From NCBI GenBank assembly GCA_002778705.1, contig PFAM01000004.1, forward strand, positions 20,109-84,108: DNA of 64,000 nt, in the 5' to 3' direction. This document shows, piece by piece, positions 1 through 9,734 of this stretch; positions within the stretch are counted from its first letter, which is position 1, and every line of letters starts with the position of its first letter. Origin of the DNA: Candidatus Falkowbacteria bacterium CG10_big_fil_rev_8_21_14_0_10_37_14 (GTDB lineage: Bacteria > Patescibacteriota > Patescibacteriia > Patescibacteriales > Patescibacteriaceae). Under the pieces are notes generated by a model. That model worked only from the letters and a program-made list of their open reading frames with translations. It searched no databases and was not told where the DNA came from. The position numbers were made by a program, and so were the translations under genes.

Positions 1-586
1 ACGATGAACTCCAGAATCTCCTTTTAAGTGACCAAAACTGTAACGACCTTTGATTTTTAATTGAACGCTTTTAATCCCAGCTTCATTACCGAGTGTCCGA
101 TCAAGAATCTCAGCTGACCAGCCTTTTTTCTCAGCATAGCGTAAATACATGCGTTCCAGCATCTGCGCCCAGTCTTGAGCTTCCACACCACCAGTACCGG
201 CATGAATGGCTAAAAAAGCATCATTGACATCATACTCACCACTAAACAACAAGGCAAATTCTAATTTATCATATCGGGCGGTCAATAAACGTAAATGCTC
301 TTCTAAATCAGCCCTCCAAGACTCATCAGAATTAACTTCCGTGGCTAAAGCTACTAAATCCTCGGTTTCTTGTTTTAGCTCGTCCCAAATCAAAACTTCA
401 CGACGTAATTCTTCCAGTTCACGTCCAATCTCGGCAGCTTTAGTTAAATCAGACCAAAAATCCGAAGCACCAGAAAACTCGGTTAATTCCAACATCCGCG
501 CGCGTTTGGTTGGTAGATCAAAGTAAGCTCTCAGCTCGCCGTCCGCGATCTAAGAGCAATTCCAATTGTTGTAAGTAATTATCCAT
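1..586 (-). CDS. prfB: Peptide chain release factor 2, 5' part, with programmed +1 frameshift at CTT-TGA (518-523)
   Basis: ATG at 586 gives 22 codons ending CTT TGA. The +1 frame continues DLPTKR...DFWSD...LAIHAGTGGVEAQDWAQMLERMYLRYAEKKGW...GIKSV...GVHR, typical RF2. Runs off the window start. Confidence 0.95.
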
Positions 587-592
587 AAAAAA

Positions 593-1516
593 TTATTTTT
601 TATAATGTTTTCTTTTCCAATGTACCATAGACAAGGCAAGGAAAATGGTCAAGCCCACAAAGGATAAAACCGGTGCCAGCCACCAACCAAAATCAGCGCC
701 AAAACTTTCGGCAATCATAATGATACTTAAAAATAAAATAGAAAACAAAGCTCCATTTTTTAAAAAAGTCCAGCGCGTCAGCCAGGGCAGACCCTGCACC
801 GTTAATTGTCTAACAACCAAGGCTCCTAAACCACTGCCTACTATAATCAAAGGCAAATTCATAGTAAAAGCAAATGAACCAATTATACCATCTAAAACAA
901 AAGCCGCATCTAAGACTTCTAAATAAACTAATTTAGACCAAACTCCCAGTTTAGCTTTTTTTAAATGCGTGCCAGTCCAATAAGCACCCCGTTTTAAACC
1001 ATCGGCTATAAAAAATACTCCGAAACCAATTAAGGCTGAAATGGTTAACTGTAAATTAACTAAAGAAGTTGTCCAGAGTAATAGACCTCCTAAAACTAAA
1101 ACTAAAAAATAAAATAAAAAGTGATATTTTTTAGTAAAACGACCGACTAAAAAATTAAAACGTTTTTCTTCGGTTAAAAACCAAGACCAAAAAATTAAAT
1201 GTAAATAAACTCCGCCAGCCATTAACAACCAAGCCCTGGACTCCATTAGCGAAGCTGTTAGAGCTGAACTTTGATTAAAAATAGCTAAAAAAACTTGCCA
1301 CCAAGACAGAGCGGGATTAGCCGACCAAATCAGAAAAAAAGGAAAAGAGCCACGCACCACTATAATAGAAAAAAGTAACCCCCAAAACAGAAAAAATCGC
1401 CGATATTTTTTAGGTAAATCGGTTAAAATTTTGGCATTAAGAACAGCGTTGTCAATACTACAAGCTATCTCTAACAAGGCCAAACCAAAGATAATTAATC
1501 CGGTTTGCCACCACAT
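593..1516 (-). CDS. DUF475/TerC-like integral membrane protein
   Basis: SIDNAVLNA and YLEVLDAAFVLDGIIGSFA motifs, many TM segments. Confidence 0.75.
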   Translation of the reverse strand: MWWQTGLIIFGLALLEIACSIDNAVLNAKILTDLPKKYRRFFLFWGLLFSIIVVRGSFPFFLIWSANPALSWWQVFLAIFNQSSALTASLMESRAWLLMAGGVYLHLIFWSWFLTEEKRFNFLVGRFTKKYHFLFYFLVLVLGGLLLWTTSLVNLQLTISALIGFGVFFIADGLKRGAYWTGTHLKKAKLGVWSKLVYLEVLDAAFVLDGIIGSFAFTMNLPLIIVGSGLGALVVRQLTVQGLPWLTRWTFLKNGALFSILFLSIIMIAESFGADFGWWLAPVLSFVGLTIFLALSMVHWKRKHYKK

Positions 1517-1525
1517 ATTTTAAAT

Positions 1526-1726
1526 TTAAGACATCTTGTGAATAATGTAGGTTATCACTGAACCGACAGTTAAACCAGAAGTTAGAGAAGCAAGAATTAC
1601 TAAAAATAAAGAGCCACCGTTTTCTAGATACACAATCATTTGAAAAGACACTAACACTGAAACCAGAGTCATGATCATGCCGACAGACAGTCCGGCTGCA
1701 TATATGTAACGCCGTGATGTTTTCAT
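1526..1726 (-). CDS. Small two-TM membrane protein
   Basis: 66 aa, two hydrophobic segments, tightly packed in the operon between gap and DUF475. Confidence 0.6.
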   Translation of the reverse strand: MKTSRRYIYAAGLSVGMIMTLVSVLVSFQMIVYLENGGSLFLVILASLTSGLTVGSVITYIIHKMS

Positions 1727-1730
1727 AAAA

Positions 1731-2741
1731 TTATAGCAATTTTTTCTTGCCGATATATTCGCAGAAATCCGCTAAACGACTAGAATAGCCCCATTCATTA
1801 TCATACCAAGAAACCACTTTAACCAAATCCCCGTCTACCACTTTAGTTAAAGCCAAATCCACGATAGAGCTAGCTGGATTGCCAACGATATCCTTAGACA
1901 CAACCGGCTCATTAATCACTGTTAAAATATTTTTAAGACGTGGGGTTTTAGAGGCTTTAATTAAGGCATTGTTAATTTCTTCAGCGGTAGCGTTTTTAGC
2001 AATCAAGAAAGTCATATCACTAATAGAGCCGACTGGCACAGGTACACGCAGAGCTAAGCCGTCAAACTTGCCTTTAAGCTGAGGAATAGTTTCGGTGACA
2101 GCCACGGCTGCTCCGGTGGTGGTTGGGATAATACTTAAACCAGCACCGCGCGCGCGACGTAAATCTTTATGCGGGCCATCAACTAAGTTTTGATCAGCGG
2201 TATAAGCATGCACGGTGCTCATAATAGCTTTTTTGATACCAAAAGTAGCGCGGATAACCTCAGTCACCGGTGCTAAACAATTAGTAGTACAAGAGGCCAT
2301 AGAAACAACAGTGTCTTTTTTCGTTAATTTTTCTTCATTAACTCCGAGTACAAAAGTTTTAACATCACCGCCTTTAGCCGGTGCCGTAATAATCACTTTT
2401 TTGGCTCCAGCGGTTAGATGCATAGCGGCTTTATCACGCTCAGTAAAAATACCGGTGGACTCCACTACAATATCCACCTTTAATTGTTTCCAAGGCAAAG
2501 TGGACGGATCTTTAATAGCTAAAACAGGATATTTAACACCGTTAACAATCAGCGCGTCAGCCGTGGCTTTAACAGTACCGTCAAATTGACCATAACAACT
2601 ATCGTATTTAAATAAATGAGCGATGGTGGCGGTATCAGTTAAATCATTGATAGCTACCACGCGGATAGACTTTTTAGCCAACAGGGCTTTGAAGGTGGCT
2701 CGGCCGATGCGACCAAAACCGTTAATAGCAACATTAATCAT
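1731..2741 (-). CDS. gap: Type I glyceraldehyde-3-phosphate dehydrogenase
   Basis: MINVAINGFGRIGR, ASCTTNCL and SWYDNEWGYS motifs; start moved to ATG at 2741. Confidence 0.97.
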   Translation of the reverse strand: MINVAINGFGRIGRATFKALLAKKSIRVVAINDLTDTATIAHLFKYDSCYGQFDGTVKATADALIVNGVKYPVLAIKDPSTLPWKQLKVDIVVESTGIFTERDKAAMHLTAGAKKVIITAPAKGGDVKTFVLGVNEEKLTKKDTVVSMASCTTNCLAPVTEVIRATFGIKKAIMSTVHAYTADQNLVDGPHKDLRRARGAGLSIIPTTTGAAVAVTETIPQLKGKFDGLALRVPVPVGSISDMTFLIAKNATAEEINNALIKASKTPRLKNILTVINEPVVSKDIVGNPASSIVDLALTKVVDGDLVKVVSWYDNEWGYSSRLADFCEYIGKKKLL

Positions 2742-2832
2742 ATAGTTTGTAAATTTTACCCTTGCGAAAGCGAGGGTCTCTCCACAAACAAATAATAACA
2801 TGTTTTAAAACAAGAAGCAATTACTTGGATGT

Positions 2833-3916
2833 TTATGGCTTGGTAGCGTTATAGAGAGCTGAAACCTCAGTAGATGATAAAGCGCGATTATAGATACGAA
2901 GATCACTAAAAACACTGTTATCAAAAGCTGCTGCCCCCCAAGCCCCTAATCGTAACGAATTAAATGTAGGTATCGTACCACTAAAATTTAAACTACTTTT
3001 ATAAGATTCGTCTAAATAAGACTCCGCTTTAGATCCGGTAACGACCATAACATAATGATGCCAATTGTTTTCTAAAACATTTTGTAATGTAATAAAATTA
3101 ATTTGACCACCAGTCCCAGCAAGATCAATAGCATGATAAAGGTGGGTTGCATCCTGTCTCCATATAGCCAATTGTTTTGATGCTATAGTTCCGTAAGTTA
3201 ACCAACCAGTGTAATGACTAAGATACGGCCCCGGCTTCACCCAAAAAGACACAGTAATGTAATTATTAAAATTACCAGTGGAATTAATGAATAAATCAAT
3301 ATAATTATTAACCCCATTAAATTCATAAGCTCCACTAGCTTCGCCAAAACGGCCAGTACTAGTAACAATAGTTGATGTGCCCATTGTTAAAGCACCATTG
3401 TTACCACCACCGCTCAAATCTTTAGTACCAGTGACTCCATCAAGCATCCACCAACCAACTAAACCATTGGTGGGGCCGAGATCTCTGGCTTGCCCACCCT
3501 TTTCCATTTTTCTCGATCCGGCTGGAACATCGCCAACAGCCTTAGACAAGCAACCGATTAAAGAATAATTATCATTGCCGGCGGAGTATTGATATTCTAA
3601 ATCAGCACAAGCGCCTTCAGCTCTTGGCGTTGGGTTATTTGGCACTTTAGCCATGTAAGTTTTAGAACCGTCAGCCGAAACCAATGGTTGACCAGGGGTA
3701 ATGATATTTGGGTAAGCAGTATAATCAGCATAATACATCTCTAGAGCGGTAGAGATTTGCTTCATATCTGAAATTCTTTTAGCATCGCGGGCTCTAGTGC
3801 GAGCACCGTTAACAGCCACGGTCGCTAAAGTCGCCAAGACGCCGATAATAACGATGACAACTAATAATTCAATTAATGTAAACCCTCGTCGTGTGAGGGG
3901 GGGCTTTGTGAGTCAT
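2833..3916 (-). CDS. Prepilin N-methylation + LamG (concanavalin-like) protein, frameshifted in a C7 tract just after the start (phase-off or pseudogene)
   Basis: RRGFTLIELLVVIVIIGVLATLA in frame with the LamG ORF (GLVGWWMLD, NNWHHYV, LRIYNRALS). ATGs at 3916/3925 are out of frame by one base across the G7 run at 3897-3903. Confidence 0.85.
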
Positions 3917-3933
3917 ATTAGACATATGAGATT

Positions 3934-3961
3934 ATTATAGCACGGATGAATGGGGGGGCAA
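3934..3961 (-). promoter_or_regulatory. Sigma70-like promoter TTGCCC-N16-TATAAT (extended -10) containing a second C7 tract
   Basis: Minus strand reads TTGCCCCCCCATTCATCCGTGCTATAAT. Confidence 0.6.
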
Positions 3962-3969
3962 ATAGCGTT

Positions 3970-4305
3970 TTATTTTAACAATTTTTTTATAGCTTTTTTC
4001 AGTTCCGGCAAATTATTCTGAATATATTTCCAAACTTCATCGGCGTCCACATCAAAATATTAATGTATTAAAAAATTTCTAGCATCGGTAATGTCTTACC
4101 AAACTATTTCAGGATGCATTTTTTTATATTGCTCTGAAATATTTTTAGAAGCTTCGCCCATTATTTCAAACCTTCTAACTACGGCATCAATCAAATATGG
4201 AGTATTTACAAAAAACTTTCTATCGTATTTTTTAAGATATTTTTCTACCAGTATAATACTGTCTAAAATGTGCTCAAGATAAACCCTGTCTAGTTTTTTA
4301 GCCAT
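3970..4305 (-). pseudogene. HEPN/DUF86 ribonuclease toxin with two in-frame TAA stops
   Basis: YLEHILDSI...DAVVRRFEIMGEA...EIVW*DITDARNFLIH*YFDVDADEVW...LK; stops at 4096-4098 and 4060-4062. Confidence 0.9.
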
Positions 4306-4591
4306 AGATTTTAATCAAGTCATTTTCTACATATTTTTTAACTCGCTTATTTAAACTCTTGAAAGTCCCTAGATCCACAACCCGCTTGGTCACGACTTCC
4401 AAATCTCGTTTTAAATTAACCATAGCTAAAAGGCCACCGGCATTTTTTTTAAATTCTATTAATAAATCAATGTCGCTATTTTTTTTATAATCACCTCTAG
4501 CATAGGAACCAAAAACAGCAGATTTTTTTACATCATATCTACTTAAAATCGGAGCACTATCTTGCTTTAATTTTTCAATTCGTTTATCCAT
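4298..4591 (-). CDS. Minimal nucleotidyltransferase (MNT) antitoxin
   Basis: VFGSYARGDYKKNSDIDLLIEF motif; overlaps the HEPN gene. Confidence 0.9.
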   Translation of the reverse strand: MDKRIEKLKQDSAPILSRYDVKKSAVFGSYARGDYKKNSDIDLLIEFKKNAGGLLAMVNLKRDLEVVTKRVVDLGTFKSLNKRVKKYVENDLIKIYG

Positions 4592-4646
4592 AAAGCAATT
4601 ATAGCAGAAGTTACAGGAAACAACAAACAATATGGCTATCACCCGT

Positions 4647-5600
4647 TTATTTTACTTTACTAAGCAAGGTTTTTAGATTCTTTGGTATGTCTCGCTCAAA
4701 ACGCTGGGGCTCGCCATTTAAATCAGTAAAGCCTAAAACACAAGAGGCTAGAAAAACTCGACCCAAGGCCAGTTTGGCGTCTTGGCGTCTAGTGGTAGCG
4801 GTACCATAAATACTATCCCCCACCACTGGGTGACCATAGGCCGCCAAGTGAGCACGAATTTGATGAGTACGACCAGTTTTCAATAAAACCTCCAAAAAAG
4901 TATAGTTAATAAATCTTTGTAACACGGTAAACTCAGAAATAGCAATTTTACTAGTTTCATCACCAAAAGGCTTAGCGGCCATTTTAGAGCCATCGGTACT
5001 TCTAACCAAAGGAAAATTAATCACATCACTGTCTTTGATAATAGCGCCGTGCACCAAGGCTTGATAACGCTTTTCCACTAAGCGTTTTTTAAATTGTCTT
5101 TTTAAATCGGCAAAACTATCTTCGGTTAAAGCCATGACAATTACGCCAGAAACTTGTTTGTCCAAACGATGAACAATACCAGGGCGAGAAGGATCGTCGC
5201 CGATTTTAGAGGCCCCGGGGTAATGCTCCACCAACCAATCCACCAAAGCTGGATTACGTTCGGGTTCTTGGCCTGGCTTACAAATCGGATAATGAACAAT
5301 CATACCGGCCGGTTTTTCTACCACCACATAATCTTTAGTTTCAGCTAACACCACAACCTTATCACGCAAATCTAATCTAGGTCGTGCTACAAAATCTCTG
5401 GCGGTTTGACGCCACTCTGGGACCGTCACTTTTTGCCCTAAACGCAAAGCATAATGAACGGTAACTACAGCACCATCAACCTTAACCGTCCCAGCTTTAA
5501 TTAATTTGGCAACTTGAGAACGCGACCACTCAGGTGATAATTTAGTCAACCAAGAATCCAAACGATCACCAACACCAGTTTCATCTACAAAATAATCCAT
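4647..5600 (-). CDS. RluA-family pseudouridine synthase (RluD-like, with S4 domain)
   Basis: GDRLDSWL...SRSQ, KPAGMIVH, GIVHRLDK, TGRTHQIRAH, GDSIYG. Confidence 0.93.
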   Translation of the reverse strand: MDYFVDETGVGDRLDSWLTKLSPEWSRSQVAKLIKAGTVKVDGAVVTVHYALRLGQKVTVPEWRQTARDFVARPRLDLRDKVVVLAETKDYVVVEKPAGMIVHYPICKPGQEPERNPALVDWLVEHYPGASKIGDDPSRPGIVHRLDKQVSGVIVMALTEDSFADLKRQFKKRLVEKRYQALVHGAIIKDSDVINFPLVRSTDGSKMAAKPFGDETSKIAISEFTVLQRFINYTFLEVLLKTGRTHQIRAHLAAYGHPVVGDSIYGTATTRRQDAKLALGRVFLASCVLGFTDLNGEPQRFERDIPKNLKTLLSKVK

Positions 5601-5606
5601 AAAATT

Positions 5607-6629
5607 CTAATTATCTAACAATATTTTTCGCCAATCGCTTTGAATATGCGACCATAATAAATCTTGCTTAACCAGATGACGACTGGCTTGGCCGTAATTA
5701 AAAAGTGTAGTTCTGTTGTCCGACCAGCGTTTTAAAATAGCTACCGCCTCTTCTGTTAATTGCCAATCAATTTTTTCACCATTGACTTCCGGCAATAAGA
5801 TATCACTAAAAGTAGGGTCAGATGGCAACAATAGCGACAAACATGAAGCAGCAGCTAGAATAGCGGCCGATAAATCATCAACGCCTGGTTGTTTATTAGC
5901 CGTCGTCCACAAATCTAAATCTTGAAACCAAGGTTGTAAATCACTGCGACTACCAACAAAACGAACATTAGCACCCAAATTTAATTTTTTAACCAACCAA
6001 AGCAATTGCTCTTTTTGTAATCCGTCACCAATTAAAACTACTGACAAATTAAGATTAATAGCTTTAGCAGAAACAATCACGGTAAAAAGTTTTTCTACTA
6101 ATTGATTTTCCGATAAATCGGCCTGAACACCAATCATTAAACCATCTCTTTTTAATAAGGTGGCAGCTGAACCAGAATCAGCTAAAACAGATGCTTCCAC
6201 TGGTAATGTTAACCAGGAAATATTTTCAACTGGCCAACCGATATTTACCAAAGCATCACACCAACCCTTACTAACACAAAAAACTTTAGGTTTGACTTTC
6301 CACGATACAGCTTTTAGGCCCTCACTCTCAATAATGTCAGGACTCAAAAGCCAGTGTAAATTGCAATTTAACTTAGCAGAAATTTCTGTTAATGTCGAGG
6401 CTTGGCACTTTCCAAATAATAGCCAGTTGGTAAAACCCTCTTTAGCTAATTGTTTTAAGCGCCAAGATAACTTAAAACGTATAGGCCAAGATTCTACGGG
6501 CCAGGCGGTATCATTAAAAAGACTGGGGCGATCAGAAATAATTAGTCCACCTTCAGGGCTAATTTTCTCTAAAAAAGGCAAATACACTTTGCAATTAAAA
6601 GTTGCACAATCTAAAATTAACAGCTTCAT
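5607..6629 (-). CDS. Divergent GT-B (GT4-like) glycosyltransferase
   Basis: LIGDGLQKEQL...LNLGANVRFVG C-terminal GT1-type domain; overlaps the flippase. Confidence 0.65.
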   Translation of the reverse strand: MKLLILDCATFNCKVYLPFLEKISPEGGLIISDRPSLFNDTAWPVESWPIRFKLSWRLKQLAKEGFTNWLLFGKCQASTLTEISAKLNCNLHWLLSPDIIESEGLKAVSWKVKPKVFCVSKGWCDALVNIGWPVENISWLTLPVEASVLADSGSAATLLKRDGLMIGVQADLSENQLVEKLFTVIVSAKAINLNLSVVLIGDGLQKEQLLWLVKKLNLGANVRFVGSRSDLQPWFQDLDLWTTANKQPGVDDLSAAILAAASCLSLLLPSDPTFSDILLPEVNGEKIDWQLTEEAVAILKRWSDNRTTLFNYGQASRHLVKQDLLWSHIQSDWRKILLDN

Positions 6630-8086
6630 AATTGGTTAATACTTGGCCCATTTAAACGACGTCCAATTAAATTATTTAAATCTTGGCGGTTAACAACTCC
6701 AAAAGCCACTAAAGCCAAGATGTAAATAGTGGCACCTAAAGCAACAGCTAAAATTAGCCAACCAAACTGATTATTAATTATTGGTAACATAGCTAAGACA
6801 GCTGCTGACATTAAAGCGGTAGCAGAAATAATTCGTAGTACTACATTCCAATGTAAATTAACACCGCCGAGACGCCTTAGAGCTAAAGCCGAGCCAAGTG
6901 CCATAGCAGTCTCGCTATAGACTGTGGCCCAAGCTGCTCCCAAATAACCGTAATTGACAATTAAAAAATAATACAAAGGCAAAGCTGTAACAGCAGTAAA
7001 AATGTAATACGGGATTAAACGTTTTTGTTGTTCACGACTAATCATTAAGTGTGTGAAAAAACAACTTATAAAAACTGCTAAAACGGCCAACATTAAGACT
7101 TGTAACACCCTCCCAGAAGCCGCAAAATCCGGTCCTGCCACCAGACGCATAATAGGACCAGCTAAAATGATACCTCCAACTGTTAAGGGGGCTGCCAAAG
7201 CTACGGTGTAATCAAAAAACTTTTGTTTTACAAGTAAATATTTTTCCTGATGACCAGATGACCAATGGCTTACAAGTAGTGGCAAAATTAAACCAGCAAA
7301 AACAAAAGGCAAACTAACTAAAACATCAATCACTTTATAAGCAGCCCCATATAAACCAACTTCTGCCTCACTACGTAGAAAAGATAAAATAATAATATCC
7401 GCTTTCAGATAAACCAAGTTTAGAACAATGGTAGTTAAAAGTGGCCAAGACAGGCTAATAATCTTACGCCAAACAATCAGATCAAAAGCCCATGATATTT
7501 TAGCTAAAGAACGTGACAAAAAATAATGGATCAAAAAGTTAACGGCATTAGCCAGCAACATTACCCAAAAAACACCATTTAAACCTAAATCAAAAACAAC
7601 CACTAACCAAGCACCTAAAGCTAACAAGGCACGACTAACAATTTCGGCGATAGCGATTCTCTCAGTGGTTAAGGTTTTTTGAAATAAGCTAACAAAAATC
7701 TGATTTAAGGCGACAAACCAAAAAGCACCAGACGCCAGCCAAACCCCCTGTCCTATCTCTGCATCATAAGGCAAAAGATAAGTAACCAGTGGAGCTAAGC
7801 CTATGATTAAAGTAGCTGAAACAACCCGAAAGGCAAAAAGATTAGACAAAAGCCTATTTTGATCTTGATGATGACGATTAATTAATTGACCAGCAACTAA
7901 GGTTAGGCCTAAGTCCGCCATAATAGCAAATAAAGATGCAATAGCAGCGGCCGTAGTATAACGACCAAAACCAGCACTACCTAAATAACGAGTAAACCAA
8001 GCTACGGCTAACAAACCAAAGGCAGTACCTACTATTTTACTAAAAAGCTGAACAATAGAATTATAAAAAATTTTTTGGCTAAGCAT
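6626..8086 (-). CDS. Wzx-like oligosaccharide flippase
   Basis: RYLGSAGFGRY, ADLGL, EVGLYGAAYK, YGYLGAAWAT; about 12-14 TM segments. Confidence 0.9.
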   Translation of the reverse strand: MLSQKIFYNSIVQLFSKIVGTAFGLLAVAWFTRYLGSAGFGRYTTAAAIASLFAIMADLGLTLVAGQLINRHHQDQNRLLSNLFAFRVVSATLIIGLAPLVTYLLPYDAEIGQGVWLASGAFWFVALNQIFVSLFQKTLTTERIAIAEIVSRALLALGAWLVVVFDLGLNGVFWVMLLANAVNFLIHYFLSRSLAKISWAFDLIVWRKIISLSWPLLTTIVLNLVYLKADIIILSFLRSEAEVGLYGAAYKVIDVLVSLPFVFAGLILPLLVSHWSSGHQEKYLLVKQKFFDYTVALAAPLTVGGIILAGPIMRLVAGPDFAASGRVLQVLMLAVLAVFISCFFTHLMISREQQKRLIPYYIFTAVTALPLYYFLIVNYGYLGAAWATVYSETAMALGSALALRRLGGVNLHWNVVLRIISATALMSAAVLAMLPIINNQFGWLILAVALGATIYILALVAFGVVNRQDLNNLIGRRLNGPSINQL

Positions 8087-8199
8087 CTAAGAGTGTTAAA
8101 TAATAAATGTTATTGGCCCCAGGGTAGAGCCCTGGACCCAACCGCTATTACAGAAAGGCATCATAGCAGAGCTATGAGGTATTAAACCCTATAATGCCT

Positions 8200-8254
8200 G
8201 CGTCGCTCGAAAGATAAAATGTTTTACATTTTATCTTCACTCGCTATCCTCGGC
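8200..8254. repeat. REP-like palindrome with a 12-bp perfect inverted repeat
   Basis: AAGATAAAATGT-TTT-ACATTTTATCTT (8211-8237) flanked by GCGTCGCTCG and CACTCGCT. Confidence 0.5.
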
Positions 8255-8261
8255 AATAAAA

Positions 8262-8291
8262 TTGACCTAGCGTGGCTGTGAATGCTATAAT
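8262..8291 (+). promoter_or_regulatory. Sigma70-like promoter TTGACC-N18-TATAAT (extended -10)
   Basis: Direct motif match upstream of 8322. Confidence 0.55.
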
Positions 8292-8321
8292 TAATAAATA
8301 AGATTTATTATAACAGAACTT

Positions 8322-8792
8322 ATGCAAAATACCAATCAGCCTAAGATTAAATACCTAATCTTTGGGCTTTTAGCTAGTTTAATCTTAATAACGGCCCTAC
8401 CTACTTTAGCTGCTAGCGGGACACCTAGCACCTGGCTAGAGAAAGCTGGGGGTATTGGTTTATTACAACTAGGTGACACTGCTTATGCCACGCAAGGGGA
8501 ACCTAAAGATATCAAAGATATTATGGCCAGTATTATCGCTGTGTTTTTAGGACTGCTAGCTACTATTTTTTTAGTATTAATCATTTTAGCTGGTGTAAAA
8601 TGGATGACCAGTCAAGGCGATAAAACTAAGATTGAAAATGCCAGAAAAACTATCGTAACAGCCTCAGCCGGACTATTGATTATTCTCGCTTCTTACGCTA
8701 TAACCATCTATATAACCAGGGGCTCTATTCATACCACCACTAATGCCAGTAGATATCAGCTAGATACTAACGGCCCTAAAAATACCGAATAA
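8322..8792 (+). CDS. TrbC/VirB2-like pilin-type membrane protein common in CPR
   Basis: Signal peptide, then IILAGVKWMTSQGDKTKIENARKTI...GLLIILASYAI. Confidence 0.7.
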   Translation: MQNTNQPKIKYLIFGLLASLILITALPTLAASGTPSTWLEKAGGIGLLQLGDTAYATQGEPKDIKDIMASIIAVFLGLLATIFLVLIILAGVKWMTSQGDKTKIENARKTIVTASAGLLIILASYAITIYITRGSIHTTTNASRYQLDTNGPKNTE

Positions 8793-8805
8793 TCAACTAA
8801 GTTTT

Positions 8806-9678
8806 ATGAAAAACGAAACCGTAAACTCGGGCTACCGACTAGGTCTTGATATCGGCGGCACTAAAATGTGTGCTGTTCTTTTAAACGGTGAACACTTAGT
8901 GGAGCACTATCGCCTTAGCACACCAAAGGAAGGCCCTAGACATTTTTGGATTATGGCCGTAGCAGTATTAAAGCCGTTACTAGAACGTGCTAAAAAAGAT
9001 GGCAAAAATATTATAGGCCTTGGTCTTGGTATCGCTGGAACAATTGATTTTCGTAAACAAAAAATTACCAATTCTCCCAATTTACCTTTCTTGAATGGCA
9101 TTAAACCTTTAGAAAAATTAACCGAAAACTTAAAACCTAGCTACCCCCTTTTTTTAGATAATGACGCTAATTGTTTTACCAGGGCCGAAGCTGTTTTAGG
9201 GGCTGGTAAAAAGTTTAATAATATTTACGGTATCACTATCGGCACCGGCATTGGTGGCGGACTAAGTTTGAATGGTGAAATATATCAAGGAGCGCATGGT
9301 GGTGCCGGAGAACCAGGAGCCATGCTAGTTGACCTTGAGAATAAGATTACTCTAGAAGATGCCTACCAAAAACTAACTCAAAATAACTCTAGAATCTTAG
9401 CTCAAGAAGCCTATGAGGGAGACCCATTGGCTGAACAAATTTTTCAAGAATTAGGCGAATACCTAGGCATGATATTTGCTAATATCGTTAACATTGTCGA
9501 TCCAGGAATCATTATTATTGGTGGCGGTACGGCTGCAGCATCTGATTTATTTTTATCTACCGCCAAACAGGTAATGACCGAATACATCGAAAATCCTGAG
9601 GCACGCGGAATTAAAATTGTTAAAAGTAAGTTAGGCGAACTAACAGGTGCTATTGGCGCAGCCTTAATGGTAAAATAA
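8806..9678 (+). CDS. ROK family sugar kinase
   Basis: GLDIGGTK, DNDANC, TIGTGIGGG, GAIGAA. Confidence 0.92.
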   Translation: MKNETVNSGYRLGLDIGGTKMCAVLLNGEHLVEHYRLSTPKEGPRHFWIMAVAVLKPLLERAKKDGKNIIGLGLGIAGTIDFRKQKITNSPNLPFLNGIKPLEKLTENLKPSYPLFLDNDANCFTRAEAVLGAGKKFNNIYGITIGTGIGGGLSLNGEIYQGAHGGAGEPGAMLVDLENKITLEDAYQKLTQNNSRILAQEAYEGDPLAEQIFQELGEYLGMIFANIVNIVDPGIIIIGGGTAAASDLFLSTAKQVMTEYIENPEARGIKIVKSKLGELTGAIGAALMVK

Positions 9679-9688
9679 TTTAAAAAAT

Positions 9689-9720
9689 AAAACTCGTTTC
9701 TTAATTGAAACGAGTTTTTT
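9689..9720. terminator. Bidirectional intrinsic terminator
   Basis: AAAACTCGTTTC-TTAATT-GAAACGAGTTTT between convergent genes. Confidence 0.8.
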
Positions 9721-9734
9721 GATTTTAGAAAATT

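Noticed and set aside
206..526. Plus-strand 106-aa ORF and the many other short antisense ORFs in the track
   Set aside because: They are shadows of well-supported opposite-strand genes (prfB here) with no recognisable motifs.
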